A stretch of 64,000 bases of DNA, from NCBI GenBank assembly GCA_016699385.1, contig CP064974.1, positions 404,466 to 468,465 on the forward strand, given 5' to 3'. The number at the start of each line of letters is the position of its first letter. Positions within the stretch are counted from its first letter, which is position 1. The DNA comes from Candidatus Moraniibacteriota bacterium. Its GTDB lineage: Bacteria > Patescibacteriota > Minisyncoccia > Moranbacterales > UBA1568. The position numbers were made by a program, and so were the translations under genes. A model generated the notes under the pieces. That model had not been told where the DNA came from. It did not search any database and saw only the letters and a program-made list of their open reading frames with translations. Of this stretch, positions 48,575 to 58,661 are shown piece by piece.

Positions 48575-49109
48575 CTGGCTTTGCTAGGCTTTCCCAATCG
48601 ACGAGATGCGAGTGTTTATCCGTCCTCTTGGCATGATTCGAAGGCAAAGAAGTCGGCTTGGGGTCACTCTCTGCCACTAACCCCGTAGAGGACTCGCAAT
48701 GAACGAATGCTCTGAAAGAAGAGAGAAATCCGAAAACATCCCATCGAAATGAAGCTCTTCGAAGCGCGTCTCTTTCAGCGGGAAGGAAAAGCATTTTCTC
48801 CTTCGAGAAGAAAACAACCGAATACTGCCTCTCCGCATCCTGAGATGCTTGCCCTTCAGCGAAGGCGAGCAGAGCGCTCATGCCAAAATACGACATATCG
48901 GCAAGTGTGTCATCATCGGTAAGACAAAGCTCTTTCCTGAGAAATACCTGAGCACGACGAACGGCGGAATCCAGATGCGCGCCACGCCAACCTTCAAAGT
49001 ACATGTATACCGTCCTTTTGGTCGGCTTGCTTTCCACTACCGCATTCATAGTCAACCTCCTTTCGGTTGATATTTGGGGAAATTCCCATTCACAGGCTAT
49101 TCCCCACAA
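48552..49109 (-). CDS. Hypothetical protein
   Basis: 185 aa. It overlaps the next ORF by 23 bp in operon style. Confidence 0.3.
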   Translation of the reverse strand: MWGIACEWEFPQISTERRLTMNAVVESKPTKRTVYMYFEGWRGAHLDSAVRRAQVFLRKELCLTDDDTLADMSYFGMSALLAFAEGQASQDAERQYSVVFFSKEKMLFLPAERDALRRASFRWDVFGFLSSFRAFVHCESSTGLVAESDPKPTSLPSNHAKRTDKHSHLVDWESLAKPDGWGAAI

Positions 49110-49242
49110 AGCATGTTGTCAAGAATATTTGGCAGAAACACCTCACCAAACAAAAAACGCTCGACAAAAAACCACCTGCGAAAAGTGTGCTGGTGGCTAA
49201 ATTTGAATTCACATTTTGTTGAGTGTAGCTTCGTTCTCTCAG

Positions 49243-49836
49243 CTACATAAAGAACGCTCTTCTCATTACATCTTGAACACAAATACCTTGTGACGCAACA
49301 GGATGACTAGGCTGCCGATACGCGGCAACCGGAAACACCTGCTGATAATTCCGCTTCGAATACAAATGAAACGCCTTAATCGGAATAGTCGGGTGGAGCA
49401 CGGGGAACGGATTTGGTGGAGGGTTGGGAAAGAACAGACAGAAAACAAGGGAATAATCTCCGGCACATTCTCGCAAATGCCTTTTCAGAGATTCAATACC
49501 TCTCCCAGAGGCAAAGTCAAAATAAACAACATCGCGAGTATATGGAATACCATCTTTCAGTACCACCAACCCTTCTCGCACAAGGAACGGGCGAAGCCAA
49601 AGATTCTCCCACGGTACCGGGGAGTACACTACGCCTCCGAAATCGCATAGCAATATCGGCTTCGCATCAATAGACAGATACGAGAGATCCCTATATGACA
49701 AATTGTTCATGCAACACCTCCACTTTGCACAGAAGAACTCATCGTACCGATACCGGTACGGACGATACCGCCCAACTCTATGCCTGAAGCCGCTGAGAGT
49801 CAATACCGAAAAAGAAAACAGGAGCAACTTCAACAA
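49243..49836 (-). CDS. Hypothetical protein with a proline-rich patch (NPPPNPFP)
   Basis: The likely start is the internal MNNLSYRD. No motif was found. Confidence 0.3.
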   Translation of the reverse strand: MLKLLLFSFSVLTLSGFRHRVGRYRPYRYRYDEFFCAKWRCCMNNLSYRDLSYLSIDAKPILLCDFGGVVYSPVPWENLWLRPFLVREGLVVLKDGIPYTRDVVYFDFASGRGIESLKRHLRECAGDYSLVFCLFFPNPPPNPFPVLHPTIPIKAFHLYSKRNYQQVFPVAAYRQPSHPVASQGICVQDVMRRAFFM

Positions 49837-49886
49837 TGATGAAAGTTGCTCCTACTTATTTGTGTTATCGAAATCTGCCCATCCGA

Positions 49887-50636
49887 TCAAGCATGTCGAT
49901 GCATGTTCAATCGAATCCGAATCGGTTCCCAGCACCAATAATTCCCGCCTTCTCGTCGAGTCCACGAGGCGGAAACCACGGAAAACCTCCATCGCCCATT
50001 TAGAAGTCGCTCATTCGTCATGACAGCCCAGGGGAGATTCGAATTTCCCAGCATTCCAAACTTCTCGTGACTATAGACTGGCCGAGGAACAAGGACAATA
50101 ATGCAGCATGGCTCCGCACCAAACCTTCTTAGGAAAGCCTCCCGCTCAAAAATGCCTGTCAAGTCATTGGCCTCTAGAGGATAGAAACTCAGTGATGAAG
50201 ATAAATCCACTCCTGTAGACAGAGTGGCATCGCCACACACTTCCCCGATATTCGCTCTGGCAAACCGTGTCAATGCAATGGCAATACGCCAAGAAACCGG
50301 GCGACTCTCCCACTTCCAAAGGGCAACCAGCACTCGCATAATCCTATGATTAGGACTGCCTAACGACGACAACATAATCATCCCCTCAAGAAATTTCTGG
50401 AGCGAAGGGACTGAAACAACTTCGTACGAATGTCCTCCGCGTACCACGAAAACAATTTTAACACCCCAAGAGACATTGACCAGAGATTTCCATATCGACA
50501 TCCTCGAATCGTATTCAGGCACTTTCCTTGTGAAATGAAATTCAGGAGATTCTCCAGCAAAAGCGCATGATGCGCCTGAGCGACAATGTAGACCATCGTC
50601 TTTTCGACACATTCGTATCGTTGCATATATCTCCAA
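49887..50636 (-). CDS. Hypothetical protein (N-terminal roughly 85 codons overlap the next gene in another frame and are probably not translated)
   Basis: The ORF track entry is shown. The true start is probably near 50340-50375. Confidence 0.25.
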   Translation of the reverse strand: MEIYATIRMCRKDDGLHCRSGASCAFAGESPEFHFTRKVPEYDSRMSIWKSLVNVSWGVKIVFVVRGGHSYEVVSVPSLQKFLEGMIMLSSLGSPNHRIMRVLVALWKWESRPVSWRIAIALTRFARANIGEVCGDATLSTGVDLSSSLSFYPLEANDLTGIFEREAFLRRFGAEPCCIIVLVPRPVYSHEKFGMLGNSNLPWAVMTNERLLNGRWRFSVVSASWTRREGGNYWCWEPIRIRLNMHRHA

Positions 50637-50977
50637 AGCGCGCGAACACTTGCCGCGTCACAAGTTAAGAAGGAATTATCAATGTGGATACAGCTCTCGG
50701 GCACCTGTTCATGCAGAAGCCATTGCTTCATAAGATCGCAGACCAATACGGATTCCCCTTGACCATTACGACGCCCACCTCCAGACAGAAAAACAGAAAA
50801 CCCCTTCAAATCCCGTATGCACTGAGGACGAGTACATTCCCAATAGACTGCAACCACCTCCTCAAGCCGCTTCAGCAAATCCTTACAGAGTGTACCGTCA
50901 TCAAGAACTTCTGGATTGCCACATAGGGATCCATTGCTCCCGGACACAAAAACGACAACTCGATTGACATAAGACAT
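50378..50977 (-). CDS. DUF218 / YdcF-ElyC-SanA-like protein
   Basis: VVVFVSGSNGS...FLSGGGRRNGQGESV...DNSFLTCDAASV...VAQAHH follows the DUF218 pattern LGxG...SGG...E(A)...S.nT.eNA...vTs.yH. Confidence 0.35.
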   Translation of the reverse strand: MSYVNRVVVFVSGSNGSLCGNPEVLDDGTLCKDLLKRLEEVVAVYWECTRPQCIRDLKGFSVFLSGGGRRNGQGESVLVCDLMKQWLLHEQVPESCIHIDNSFLTCDAASVRALWRYMQRYECVEKTMVYIVAQAHHALLLENLLNFISQGKCLNTIRGCRYGNLWSMSLGVLKLFSWYAEDIRTKLFQSLRSRNFLRG

Positions 50978-51197
50978 GTTTAAATCTCCCAAAGTTTTGC
51001 ATTTTTAAGAAAACTCCCCTCCTCACAACTTCTCGTCAGAGAGTACTGTCAAATCAAGGAAGGTGCCACTATAAAACTACATCATTTCATACATTTTGTC
51101 AATAGTGACAAACAAAAAGCTTGGATACACGCTGATTATCCAAGCTTTACTAAAAGAGCACAATGGGAACTCTCCACACTCTTCCATGCCCAGTTAA

Positions 51198-51779
51198 TTA
51201 GAAGGCGACAGGAAGATGATTCTTATCACGCAGCATCTCGCCTCTTCTGGAAATATGAAATTTCAACTCTCGCGCTGGCATCAAAGAGTGGTAATGAGGA
51301 GCAGGGCATGTCACCGATTCAGGATGATTGACATCCTGAGTGCATCTCCGTTGCAGAGAGCATCCCGAGCAAAGACCAATCTGCGCGATATATTGAGGAA
51401 CGCACACTGCCCACGCTGAGGAAATTTCCATATCGCGCAAGCTAGATGCTATGGCCGACGATGTCTCCCTCGACGTATCTTTCGGAAGGATGAGGAGAAG
51501 AATTCCGTTTGGCGATTGTCCTTTGACAATCTGGTAGAATATACTGCCTGCCACGTAGTCCTTATAGTAGTCTATACGAAAATCTACGGTATCTGTCTCC
51601 ACTCCAGATATGGCAAGCCTTGATGTGTGAATGTACTGAGACAAACGCCTTATTTCATTATCACTCACAGATTCCCCAACTCTCTTATTTCCTTCTTTAA
51701 GCAAGTACACTGTCACCAGCACTTGTTCCCGATGATACCTTGCATTTCCCGCACTTTGTTCTGCACGAATAGGAGTCAT
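51198..51779 (-). CDS. Hypothetical protein with an Hsp20-like C-terminal signature (NGILLLILPKD) and a Cys-rich tail
   Basis: A strong AGGTGA Shine-Dalgarno-like sequence lies 5 nt before the internal ATG (MTPIRAEQ). NGILLLILPK resembles the Hsp20 NGVLTI-LPK strand. The tail carries CSGC...C...C. Confidence 0.3.
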   Translation of the reverse strand: MTPIRAEQSAGNARYHREQVLVTVYLLKEGNKRVGESVSDNEIRRLSQYIHTSRLAISGVETDTVDFRIDYYKDYVAGSIFYQIVKGQSPNGILLLILPKDTSRETSSAIASSLRDMEISSAWAVCVPQYIAQIGLCSGCSLQRRCTQDVNHPESVTCPAPHYHSLMPARELKFHISRRGEMLRDKNHLPVAF

Positions 51780-52059
51780 TATGTCACCTCTGTGATGTGA
51801 AGTTTCAATGTAGCAAAAAAGCAAATGGGCACTATATAGACCACATTGATTATTGTTAAAGAAGATTTCCTTGCGTTTCATTTCAATACTAATTCATTAG
51901 TAGTTGAATGCGCGCAAATGACACTCGCATAGTACACTGTCGTGTATAATTTGTCAATATTTATAAACTTTTTCTAGAAGAATACGATATTTTGAAAAAA
52001 ATCATTAAAGTATCCGCAAGAGTACGCTATACTGGAGATGCATTTCTTCCTCTTCTTTC

Positions 52060-55000
52060 ATGCATCACTCGTCTCACGCTATGAAACCATGCTTCCCAGA
52101 AAGCGACTACACGCTCTCAAATGATTCTTTTGAATCGCACCTCAATGCAATCGGCAATGGGTACCTCAAGGCACGGGGATGTTTCCTGACAAGTTACCGC
52201 CCTTCTTCGGATGACGGGCTCTTCTTCTTTATTCGCGACACAGATTCGGAACAGCGCTGGTCAGCAACGCCAGCGCCCGTCTTCACTCGCCCTGAGGCAT
52301 TTCGGATGGATATCAGCAAACGATCGGCACATATCGAGCGAAGCGACAACTCAATAGACACAGCACTTGACATCCTCGTGCCCGAAACCGGCGACTTCGA
52401 GCTTCGGCGACTCACCCTGACCAATCGTAGCGATACTGTTCGTCGACTCGAAGTGACCAGCTCAGTCGATATCATTCTCCTCTTCGACCGTTTACGCGAC
52501 TCTCTGCATCAAACATTTAGCAATATGTTTATCGGTGCAGAATTTTCTCGAGAGTGGACTGCCCTCCTTTATCACCGCCGATTCTTCGATGACCCCCAGC
52601 ACTTTCCCTTCTTCATGCACCGGATATTTCTCGACAGACCAGGCGAATTTCTCGGCTTCGAAACAGATCGAGAAGCCTTCATCGGGCGCGGACAACCTTT
52701 CGGACGCCCACTTGCACTCGATCGCCCACTCAAAAACACTGCTGGCTATATCCTCGACCCACTTGCCAATCTCCGCGCCGCAATTACCCTCGAACCAGGA
52801 AAAAGCTCCTCGATTTTCTTTTCAAACTCCGCTCATTTCTCTCCCGAACAACCAGCGAGCTTGGCAAATAGATTTCCAGATATCGACTCAGTTCAAGCAT
52901 TTTTCCTCTCTGAGTTCGAACAAGACAATGTTTCTCGAAAAGAAATCCCCTGCAATAGCGATATCGTAGCCCCAGTCACGAAAATCATTACACCTCCAGC
53001 ACCTCTTTCCCCCTTTGATACGAATGCGCTCCTCTTTTGGAATGGATTTGGCGGATTTGATCCAGAAACACACGACTACCGAATGCGTATCTGCCCAGAA
53101 AAGCTCCCGCCACAGCCCTGGGCAAATTTCCTTGCCAATCCCGACTTCGGCATGATGACCACCGAAAACGCCCTCGGCACAACGTGGTTCAAGGACAGTA
53201 AACACGGACGACTCACTCCTTGGAACAATAATCCAGTAAGTGATCCGCCGGCGGAAATTCTCTTCGTTCGCCAGACAGACTCTCGCGAAACATGGTCACT
53301 CACACCCGCTCCACTTCCTGCTTCATCCGAATATCATGTGACACACGGGAGAGGGTTCACCAAATATGAAGGCGGGCGTGGCAAGCTTCGACACACACTC
53401 ACCGCTTCGGTACACCCCACACTCGCCCTCAAGTATCTTGCTGTTGAGTTTGAAAATCGCGAAGCGAAGCCGACTGATTTTGACCTCATATTCTTCATGG
53501 ATACTCCGACAGAAGCATTTTCCGAAACCGTACCCCGCCAATACTCGCCACGTTTTCTTTCGGAAGAAAATGCCTTCCTTCTTGATCCATCCACATTTGT
53601 CCCATTTCCAGACAAAGAATCCATCCCCTTCTTTGCTGCTATCACTGCCGACAGGCCTCTTCAACTCATTACATGCAGCAAAGAGCAATTCTTTGGCATT
53701 TCCGGATCACTCTCCGCACCAAAAAACATTTCCGAAATAGATGAGAAAATTAACCCGAAATCCGCAGCTGATACCTGCATCGTCGTGCAAGTGCACTTCT
53801 CACTCGGTCCCCATGAAAAGCAGTGCACTACCATTGCCGTCTGTGCCGGAACAACTGAACAAGACGTGCGAGAACTCCTCCTAGTAGCAAGGAAGGAAAT
53901 AGAACACCAGCAACCATTTTCACTCGAGAGCGTTCGCCATTACTGGAAACGCGACGATACACTCCCAACACTTTCGACACCGGATGACTCACTCAATATA
54001 CTTTTTAATACCTGGCTCCCCTATCAGGCACTCGTGTCGCGCCTCTGGGCAAAAATGGGTTTTTACCAACCCGGAGGCGCCTTTGGGTTTCGCGACCAAC
54101 TGCAAGATGCGCTCGCTCTCTGGTATATCGATCCAGCATTAACCAAGCAACACATCCTCAAATCAGCCGCTCAACAATTCGAAGACGGCAATGTCCGCGC
54201 GTGGTGGTCTCCAAACTCGGGCTATGGTGTCAAGAACGCTACATCGGATCATCCACTCTGGCTCGCCTGGGTGACCGCAGAATACATCCGCCTCTCTGGA
54301 GAAACAGATTTCCTCAATGAGGAAACTTGCTTTCTCTCAGATGACCACGATGCAGAAACACAATTTGACGTCAAACGACACAAACCATCTCTCGTCTCCG
54401 CATCACTCCTCGAACACTGTCTGAAATCTATCGAATATGTCTCTGTGTTTGGCGTGCACGGACTTCCTCTTATACGAGGTGGCGACTGGAATGATGGCTT
54501 CAACCGCATCGGAAACGAAGGGGAAGGCGAAAGCGTCTGGCTCGGTTTCTTCCTCTTCTCTGTACTCGAGATGTTCATTGCAATACTCTCCGCACGAGGT
54601 GACAGCGATCGAGTCGCCATCTACCACAAACGAGCAATCACGCTCAAGAAAAATCTCAACACTCACGGCTGGGGTGGACACTGGTTCCTTCGCGCCTTTT
54701 ACGATGATGGGACTCCACTGGGTGCGGAGAGCAATCACGAGTGTCGCATTGATGCTATCGCACAGAGTTGGTCTGTCATCTCTGATGCCGGAGAACACGA
54801 GAAATCAAAAGAAGCCATGGAAAATCTCTTGCACTTCCTCTACGATCCGGAATCAAAAATCCTCAGACTCCTTGATCCCCCGTTCAACGATCTCTCCAAG
54901 AAAAATCCCGGCTATATCAAAGACTACCCGCCTGGTATTCGCGAAAACGGCTCGCAGTACAATCATGCGGTATTTTGGGCAGCAGAAGCATTCGCCAAAC

Positions 55001-55452
55001 TCGGCAACGCCGATCGTGTATACAATCTCCTTGAATGCGCCAATCCGATTCACCGATCAGACTCAGAAAATGCTGCGCGCCTCTATGAAGTGGAGCCCTA
55101 TGTCGTCGCCGCGGATATCTATTCCGCTGAGCATCGCGGTAAGGGCGGTTGGACATGGTATACTGCCTCTGCAGGACTAATGTATCGGACAATTATCGAG
55201 GCGCTCCTCGGCATTCATTTCAATGGAAATACTGTTTCCATGCGTCCCTGCCTACCCAAAACATGGACGCAGTGTTCAATCACGATTCCACGAGCATCCG
55301 GTTGCTACACTTTCACATTCACTGCCCGAGAGAATCACGCCAATGTTGTGCGAAGTATCACGCAAGACGGCGTGCCCCTCGATCATTCCCAATCGCACCA
55401 CGCACTTCCAACTGACGGACAAGACCACCGATTCGACCTCTTCCTCGAATAA
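52060..55452 (+). CDS. GH94-family glycoside phosphorylase (size class of 1,2-beta-oligoglucan phosphorylase / NdvB glycosyl-hydrolase domain)
   Basis: The catalytic-region motifs RDQLQD, GGDWNDG, NGSQYNH and EVEPYV are typical of GH94 (alpha/alpha)6 phosphorylases. The protein is 1130 aa. Confidence 0.75.
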   Translation: MHHSSHAMKPCFPESDYTLSNDSFESHLNAIGNGYLKARGCFLTSYRPSSDDGLFFFIRDTDSEQRWSATPAPVFTRPEAFRMDISKRSAHIERSDNSIDTALDILVPETGDFELRRLTLTNRSDTVRRLEVTSSVDIILLFDRLRDSLHQTFSNMFIGAEFSREWTALLYHRRFFDDPQHFPFFMHRIFLDRPGEFLGFETDREAFIGRGQPFGRPLALDRPLKNTAGYILDPLANLRAAITLEPGKSSSIFFSNSAHFSPEQPASLANRFPDIDSVQAFFLSEFEQDNVSRKEIPCNSDIVAPVTKIITPPAPLSPFDTNALLFWNGFGGFDPETHDYRMRICPEKLPPQPWANFLANPDFGMMTTENALGTTWFKDSKHGRLTPWNNNPVSDPPAEILFVRQTDSRETWSLTPAPLPASSEYHVTHGRGFTKYEGGRGKLRHTLTASVHPTLALKYLAVEFENREAKPTDFDLIFFMDTPTEAFSETVPRQYSPRFLSEENAFLLDPSTFVPFPDKESIPFFAAITADRPLQLITCSKEQFFGISGSLSAPKNISEIDEKINPKSAADTCIVVQVHFSLGPHEKQCTTIAVCAGTTEQDVRELLLVARKEIEHQQPFSLESVRHYWKRDDTLPTLSTPDDSLNILFNTWLPYQALVSRLWAKMGFYQPGGAFGFRDQLQDALALWYIDPALTKQHILKSAAQQFEDGNVRAWWSPNSGYGVKNATSDHPLWLAWVTAEYIRLSGETDFLNEETCFLSDDHDAETQFDVKRHKPSLVSASLLEHCLKSIEYVSVFGVHGLPLIRGGDWNDGFNRIGNEGEGESVWLGFFLFSVLEMFIAILSARGDSDRVAIYHKRAITLKKNLNTHGWGGHWFLRAFYDDGTPLGAESNHECRIDAIAQSWSVISDAGEHEKSKEAMENLLHFLYDPESKILRLLDPPFNDLSKKNPGYIKDYPPGIRENGSQYNHAVFWAAEAFAKLGNADRVYNLLECANPIHRSDSENAARLYEVEPYVVAADIYSAEHRGKGGWTWYTASAGLMYRTIIEALLGIHFNGNTVSMRPCLPKTWTQCSITIPRASGCYTFTFTARENHANVVRSITQDGVPLDHSQSHHALPTDGQDHRFDLFLE

Positions 55453-55458
55453 GACGCT

Positions 55459-56190
55459 ATGTCTGAAATAAGCCCCCAGCTTCAACAAGAGAAAAACAGA
55501 AATCCAATCGATACTGACGCTGTCTGGATTGTCATTCCTGCGTACAATGAAGCGACTGTCATTGCGTCTGTTATCAAAGAAATCCGCCAAGCCGGATATG
55601 AAAATATCCTCGTCGTAGATGATGGAAGTACCGACCATACCTTCGATGTCGCCCGAAGTACCGGCATCGTCACTCTCCAGCACCGACTCAATCGCGGAAA
55701 AGGTGCCGCAACGAAAACCGGTATTGAAGCAGCAAAGTTGCTCGGTGCACATATCGTCGTCACTATGGATGGCGACGGCCAACACAATCCAGGAGACATC
55801 CACACCCTCATCGAACCCATCCGCAAGAGAAAAGCCGATGTCGTACTCGGTACTCGACTCAAACACCCCGAAGGCATGCCCTGGTATAAGCAAGTGCACA
55901 ACACTATCGGCAATGCAATTGTCTGGTATCTCTACGGTCTCTGGGTATCCGACAGCCAATCCGGCTTCCGAGCCTATTCACGCCGCGCCATAGACCGAAT
56001 CGACACACGGACGGATCGCTACGAATACGACAGCGAAGTCATCCGAGAAATAAAACGCCACAAACTTTCCTACAAAGAGGTCTCTATCGAAGTTCGCTAC
56101 ACCGAATACTCCATGGGGAAATTCCACAAACAAAGCCTTGCAAACGGCATAAAGACCGTCTTCCGTATGCTCTTTCATATGATAAAATAG
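55459..56190 (+). CDS. GT2 polyprenyl-phosphate sugar synthase (DPM1/GtrB-like), soluble form
   Basis: The motif set IVIPAYNEA...DDGSTD...DGDGQH is present. Confidence 0.8.
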   Translation: MSEISPQLQQEKNRNPIDTDAVWIVIPAYNEATVIASVIKEIRQAGYENILVVDDGSTDHTFDVARSTGIVTLQHRLNRGKGAATKTGIEAAKLLGAHIVVTMDGDGQHNPGDIHTLIEPIRKRKADVVLGTRLKHPEGMPWYKQVHNTIGNAIVWYLYGLWVSDSQSGFRAYSRRAIDRIDTRTDRYEYDSEVIREIKRHKLSYKEVSIEVRYTEYSMGKFHKQSLANGIKTVFRMLFHMIK

Positions 56191-56195
56191 TCTCT

Positions 56196-56555
56196 ATGAC
56201 AGTATTCTCCCTCCACTTCTATCAAGCTGCTATCTTTGCGCTTTCAGCCTTCATGGTTTGGCAAGGTGGCAAACAATATTTTCGTCGTGAAGGAGGACAA
56301 ACACTCTTCAAATTCTCTGTGCGCGTCATCGTTTGGGGCGGTATGTCTGCCATTGCTGTCTTCCCAAAACTCAGCAATGACCTCGCACAGTTCATTGGCA
56401 TCGAGGGCAATATAAATGCCGTTATCATGGTCGGCTTTGTCCTTGTCTTCCTTATGATCTTCAAACTCCTCTCCGCAATAGAAACCCTCGAACGACAAAT
56501 AACCATTCTGACACGAAAAGATGCCCTTACCGAAATTAACCTTGAGAAGGACTAG
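56196..56555 (+). CDS. Small multi-TM protein (DUF2304-like) commonly paired with GT2 DPM1-like genes
   Basis: 119 aa with three or four helices. Its position immediately after the GT2 gene fits the usual pairing. Confidence 0.45.
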   Translation: MTVFSLHFYQAAIFALSAFMVWQGGKQYFRREGGQTLFKFSVRVIVWGGMSAIAVFPKLSNDLAQFIGIEGNINAVIMVGFVLVFLMIFKLLSAIETLERQITILTRKDALTEINLEKD

Positions 56556-56567
56556 CAACAATATTTT

Positions 56568-58661
56568 ATGCGATGGTTACTAAGAGTAAATATCATTATC
56601 TTCATTCTTGTTGCCGGAGTAGCCATGCTTCCAGTAATAATGGAAGGAATGCTCATAGAACGAATTATTCGATCCGCTGTCGAACTAAGTGCTATCATTG
56701 TTCTTCCTGGGCTCAATCTTGTCGCTTGTCTTTCAATTCTTATCAGAAGAAATTTTTCCCTTCGAGAAACATTTGCCCTTGCAGCAACTTTCAATCTCTT
56801 TTTTGTGCCCTTACTCCTATTCATTGAATTCAATATTTTCGGCAACGTTTTCCCTACGCTACCCCTTCTCAATGCAATCATTATTTTTATCATATTTCTT
56901 GGGACATACTTCACATCAATAGTAAGACACTCAAGAAGGCGATTCTTACTAAACTCATTGAACACCGCCTCGATAAAAGCATTACTTTTTTCTAGGGATT
57001 TCTTATTCCCCTTCGGATTCTACTTGCTAGTTGTCATTAGCATTGTCACTGCCTTTTACCCTCTTCCTGATCTTGATCCCTACTATTGGTATTCAGAATT
57101 TCAAAACCTATTCTCCAAAGGGAATCTCTCTGGATATCGCCCATTGTTCTCCGCACTCGTCTATATTTTTACACTCGGGTCACATATCGACTTCTATGCA
57201 TCCTTTAAGTACGTGCTCCCATTTCTCCTTCTTTCCCTCCTCTTTCCACTCATTCTACTATCATCTCTTTTTTCTCAACCACTTCACCGAACTATCATTC
57301 TTCTCTTTCCATTCGTAAGCAGTATAAATATTGTCTACCTCACTCTTCCGATTCCGCAAGAGATAGCAGGTATAGCCACCTTTTTTTTAGTTATCTTTGC
57401 ACTCTACTCCTGGATGCAAAAAGACTCCTTCTTTCTCTTTATTGGTGGAAGCGTCATCAGTCTTGGGTATTGGTACCACGAGGTAGTAGTACTACCGATG
57501 GCAGCGTGGGCAATTACAATCACGTACCATTTTCGCCGAGAAATTTTCGCATACGCAAAGAATAATCGAGTAGCCACTATCCTCATCATCGTATTGCTTC
57601 TACAGTATTCCTTCTCCCCTATTCAGTTCCTTATCTCAGAGATACACACTCAGTTCAGCACGCTTGCCAACTTCCACACAAACTTCCTTTTTCCGCAGCA
57701 ATACATAAATATTGATGGAAATGAAATGGGCTGGGGAGACCTTACTGGAGTCGCCAAATACTACGCTTTCTACGTTGGTCCCGTATTATTCACTCTCCTC
57801 ATTGCACTCCTCTTTTCACGAAAGAAACTATTCCAACGTAATCTCTTCTTTTCAAAATATTCTGCACCCCTAACGCTGTCCTTTTTTTTATTCTTCTGTA
57901 TTGCAGAAGTACTTCCTCGACTCTCTAACGTCGCCCTTCTTCCTGATCGCGCTTGGGTATTTGCCGGAATATTTTCACTCGTACTAATCCCTCCTCTTTT
58001 CAAGACAGCTCTTGGAAACAAGAAGGTATTCCTCTGTGTGCTAGTTGCAGGATTTTCCATCAATATCGGTGCAGCAGTCTTTATCAATACATTAAAAAAA
58101 TACACCGTCACAGAACCGCAGCTCACATCCGCTTTCTGGATCAATGAACACCTCCCGAAACACCGCTTGATATTCGCCATCTCTGATTACAAACCCCTCC
58201 TTCGCCTTTACGGTGGGTCCGAAGTTATACCAATTGCCGATCCAAATTTCTTCTACGACAAGATTATCTTCAAGAAAGAACTGGAAGCACACGATCGTCT
58301 AACGAAATATATGCCGCCCGTTTACACAGCAAGACTCAATCAGCTCAGAAAAGCAATTGCTGGGATCGAGCAGAGAGACCCGCTAAAGAATCATTCAGAA
58401 GTAGACTCCCTTTTGCAGGAAGGAATTGATTCCCTATCAGATGCACAATCAATTCTTCGAGAATCCAAATCACCCCCGTATTCAGAGAATCAATATGTCT
58501 ACTATGCTACGCCTGATTTGAGAAATCCATATCTTAGTCGTCCATACATGAAGAAGTTCATCAATAAGGAGGATTGGATATTTTTCAATCATGATTCCTC
58601 GCACTTCGAAACTGTCTACGCAGATACAGAACATCACATCTTTCTATGGAAAATCCTTTGA
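56568..58661 (+). CDS. Large polytopic membrane protein with a C-terminal soluble domain (candidate GT-C glycosyltransferase)
   Basis: 697 aa with more than 12 TM helices and a soluble C-terminal domain of about 200 aa. Local composition is AT-rich and Ile/Phe/Leu-rich. Confidence 0.45.
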   Translation: MRWLLRVNIIIFILVAGVAMLPVIMEGMLIERIIRSAVELSAIIVLPGLNLVACLSILIRRNFSLRETFALAATFNLFFVPLLLFIEFNIFGNVFPTLPLLNAIIIFIIFLGTYFTSIVRHSRRRFLLNSLNTASIKALLFSRDFLFPFGFYLLVVISIVTAFYPLPDLDPYYWYSEFQNLFSKGNLSGYRPLFSALVYIFTLGSHIDFYASFKYVLPFLLLSLLFPLILLSSLFSQPLHRTIILLFPFVSSINIVYLTLPIPQEIAGIATFFLVIFALYSWMQKDSFFLFIGGSVISLGYWYHEVVVLPMAAWAITITYHFRREIFAYAKNNRVATILIIVLLLQYSFSPIQFLISEIHTQFSTLANFHTNFLFPQQYINIDGNEMGWGDLTGVAKYYAFYVGPVLFTLLIALLFSRKKLFQRNLFFSKYSAPLTLSFFLFFCIAEVLPRLSNVALLPDRAWVFAGIFSLVLIPPLFKTALGNKKVFLCVLVAGFSINIGAAVFINTLKKYTVTEPQLTSAFWINEHLPKHRLIFAISDYKPLLRLYGGSEVIPIADPNFFYDKIIFKKELEAHDRLTKYMPPVYTARLNQLRKAIAGIEQRDPLKNHSEVDSLLQEGIDSLSDAQSILRESKSPPYSENQYVYYATPDLRNPYLSRPYMKKFINKEDWIFFNHDSSHFETVYADTEHHIFLWKIL

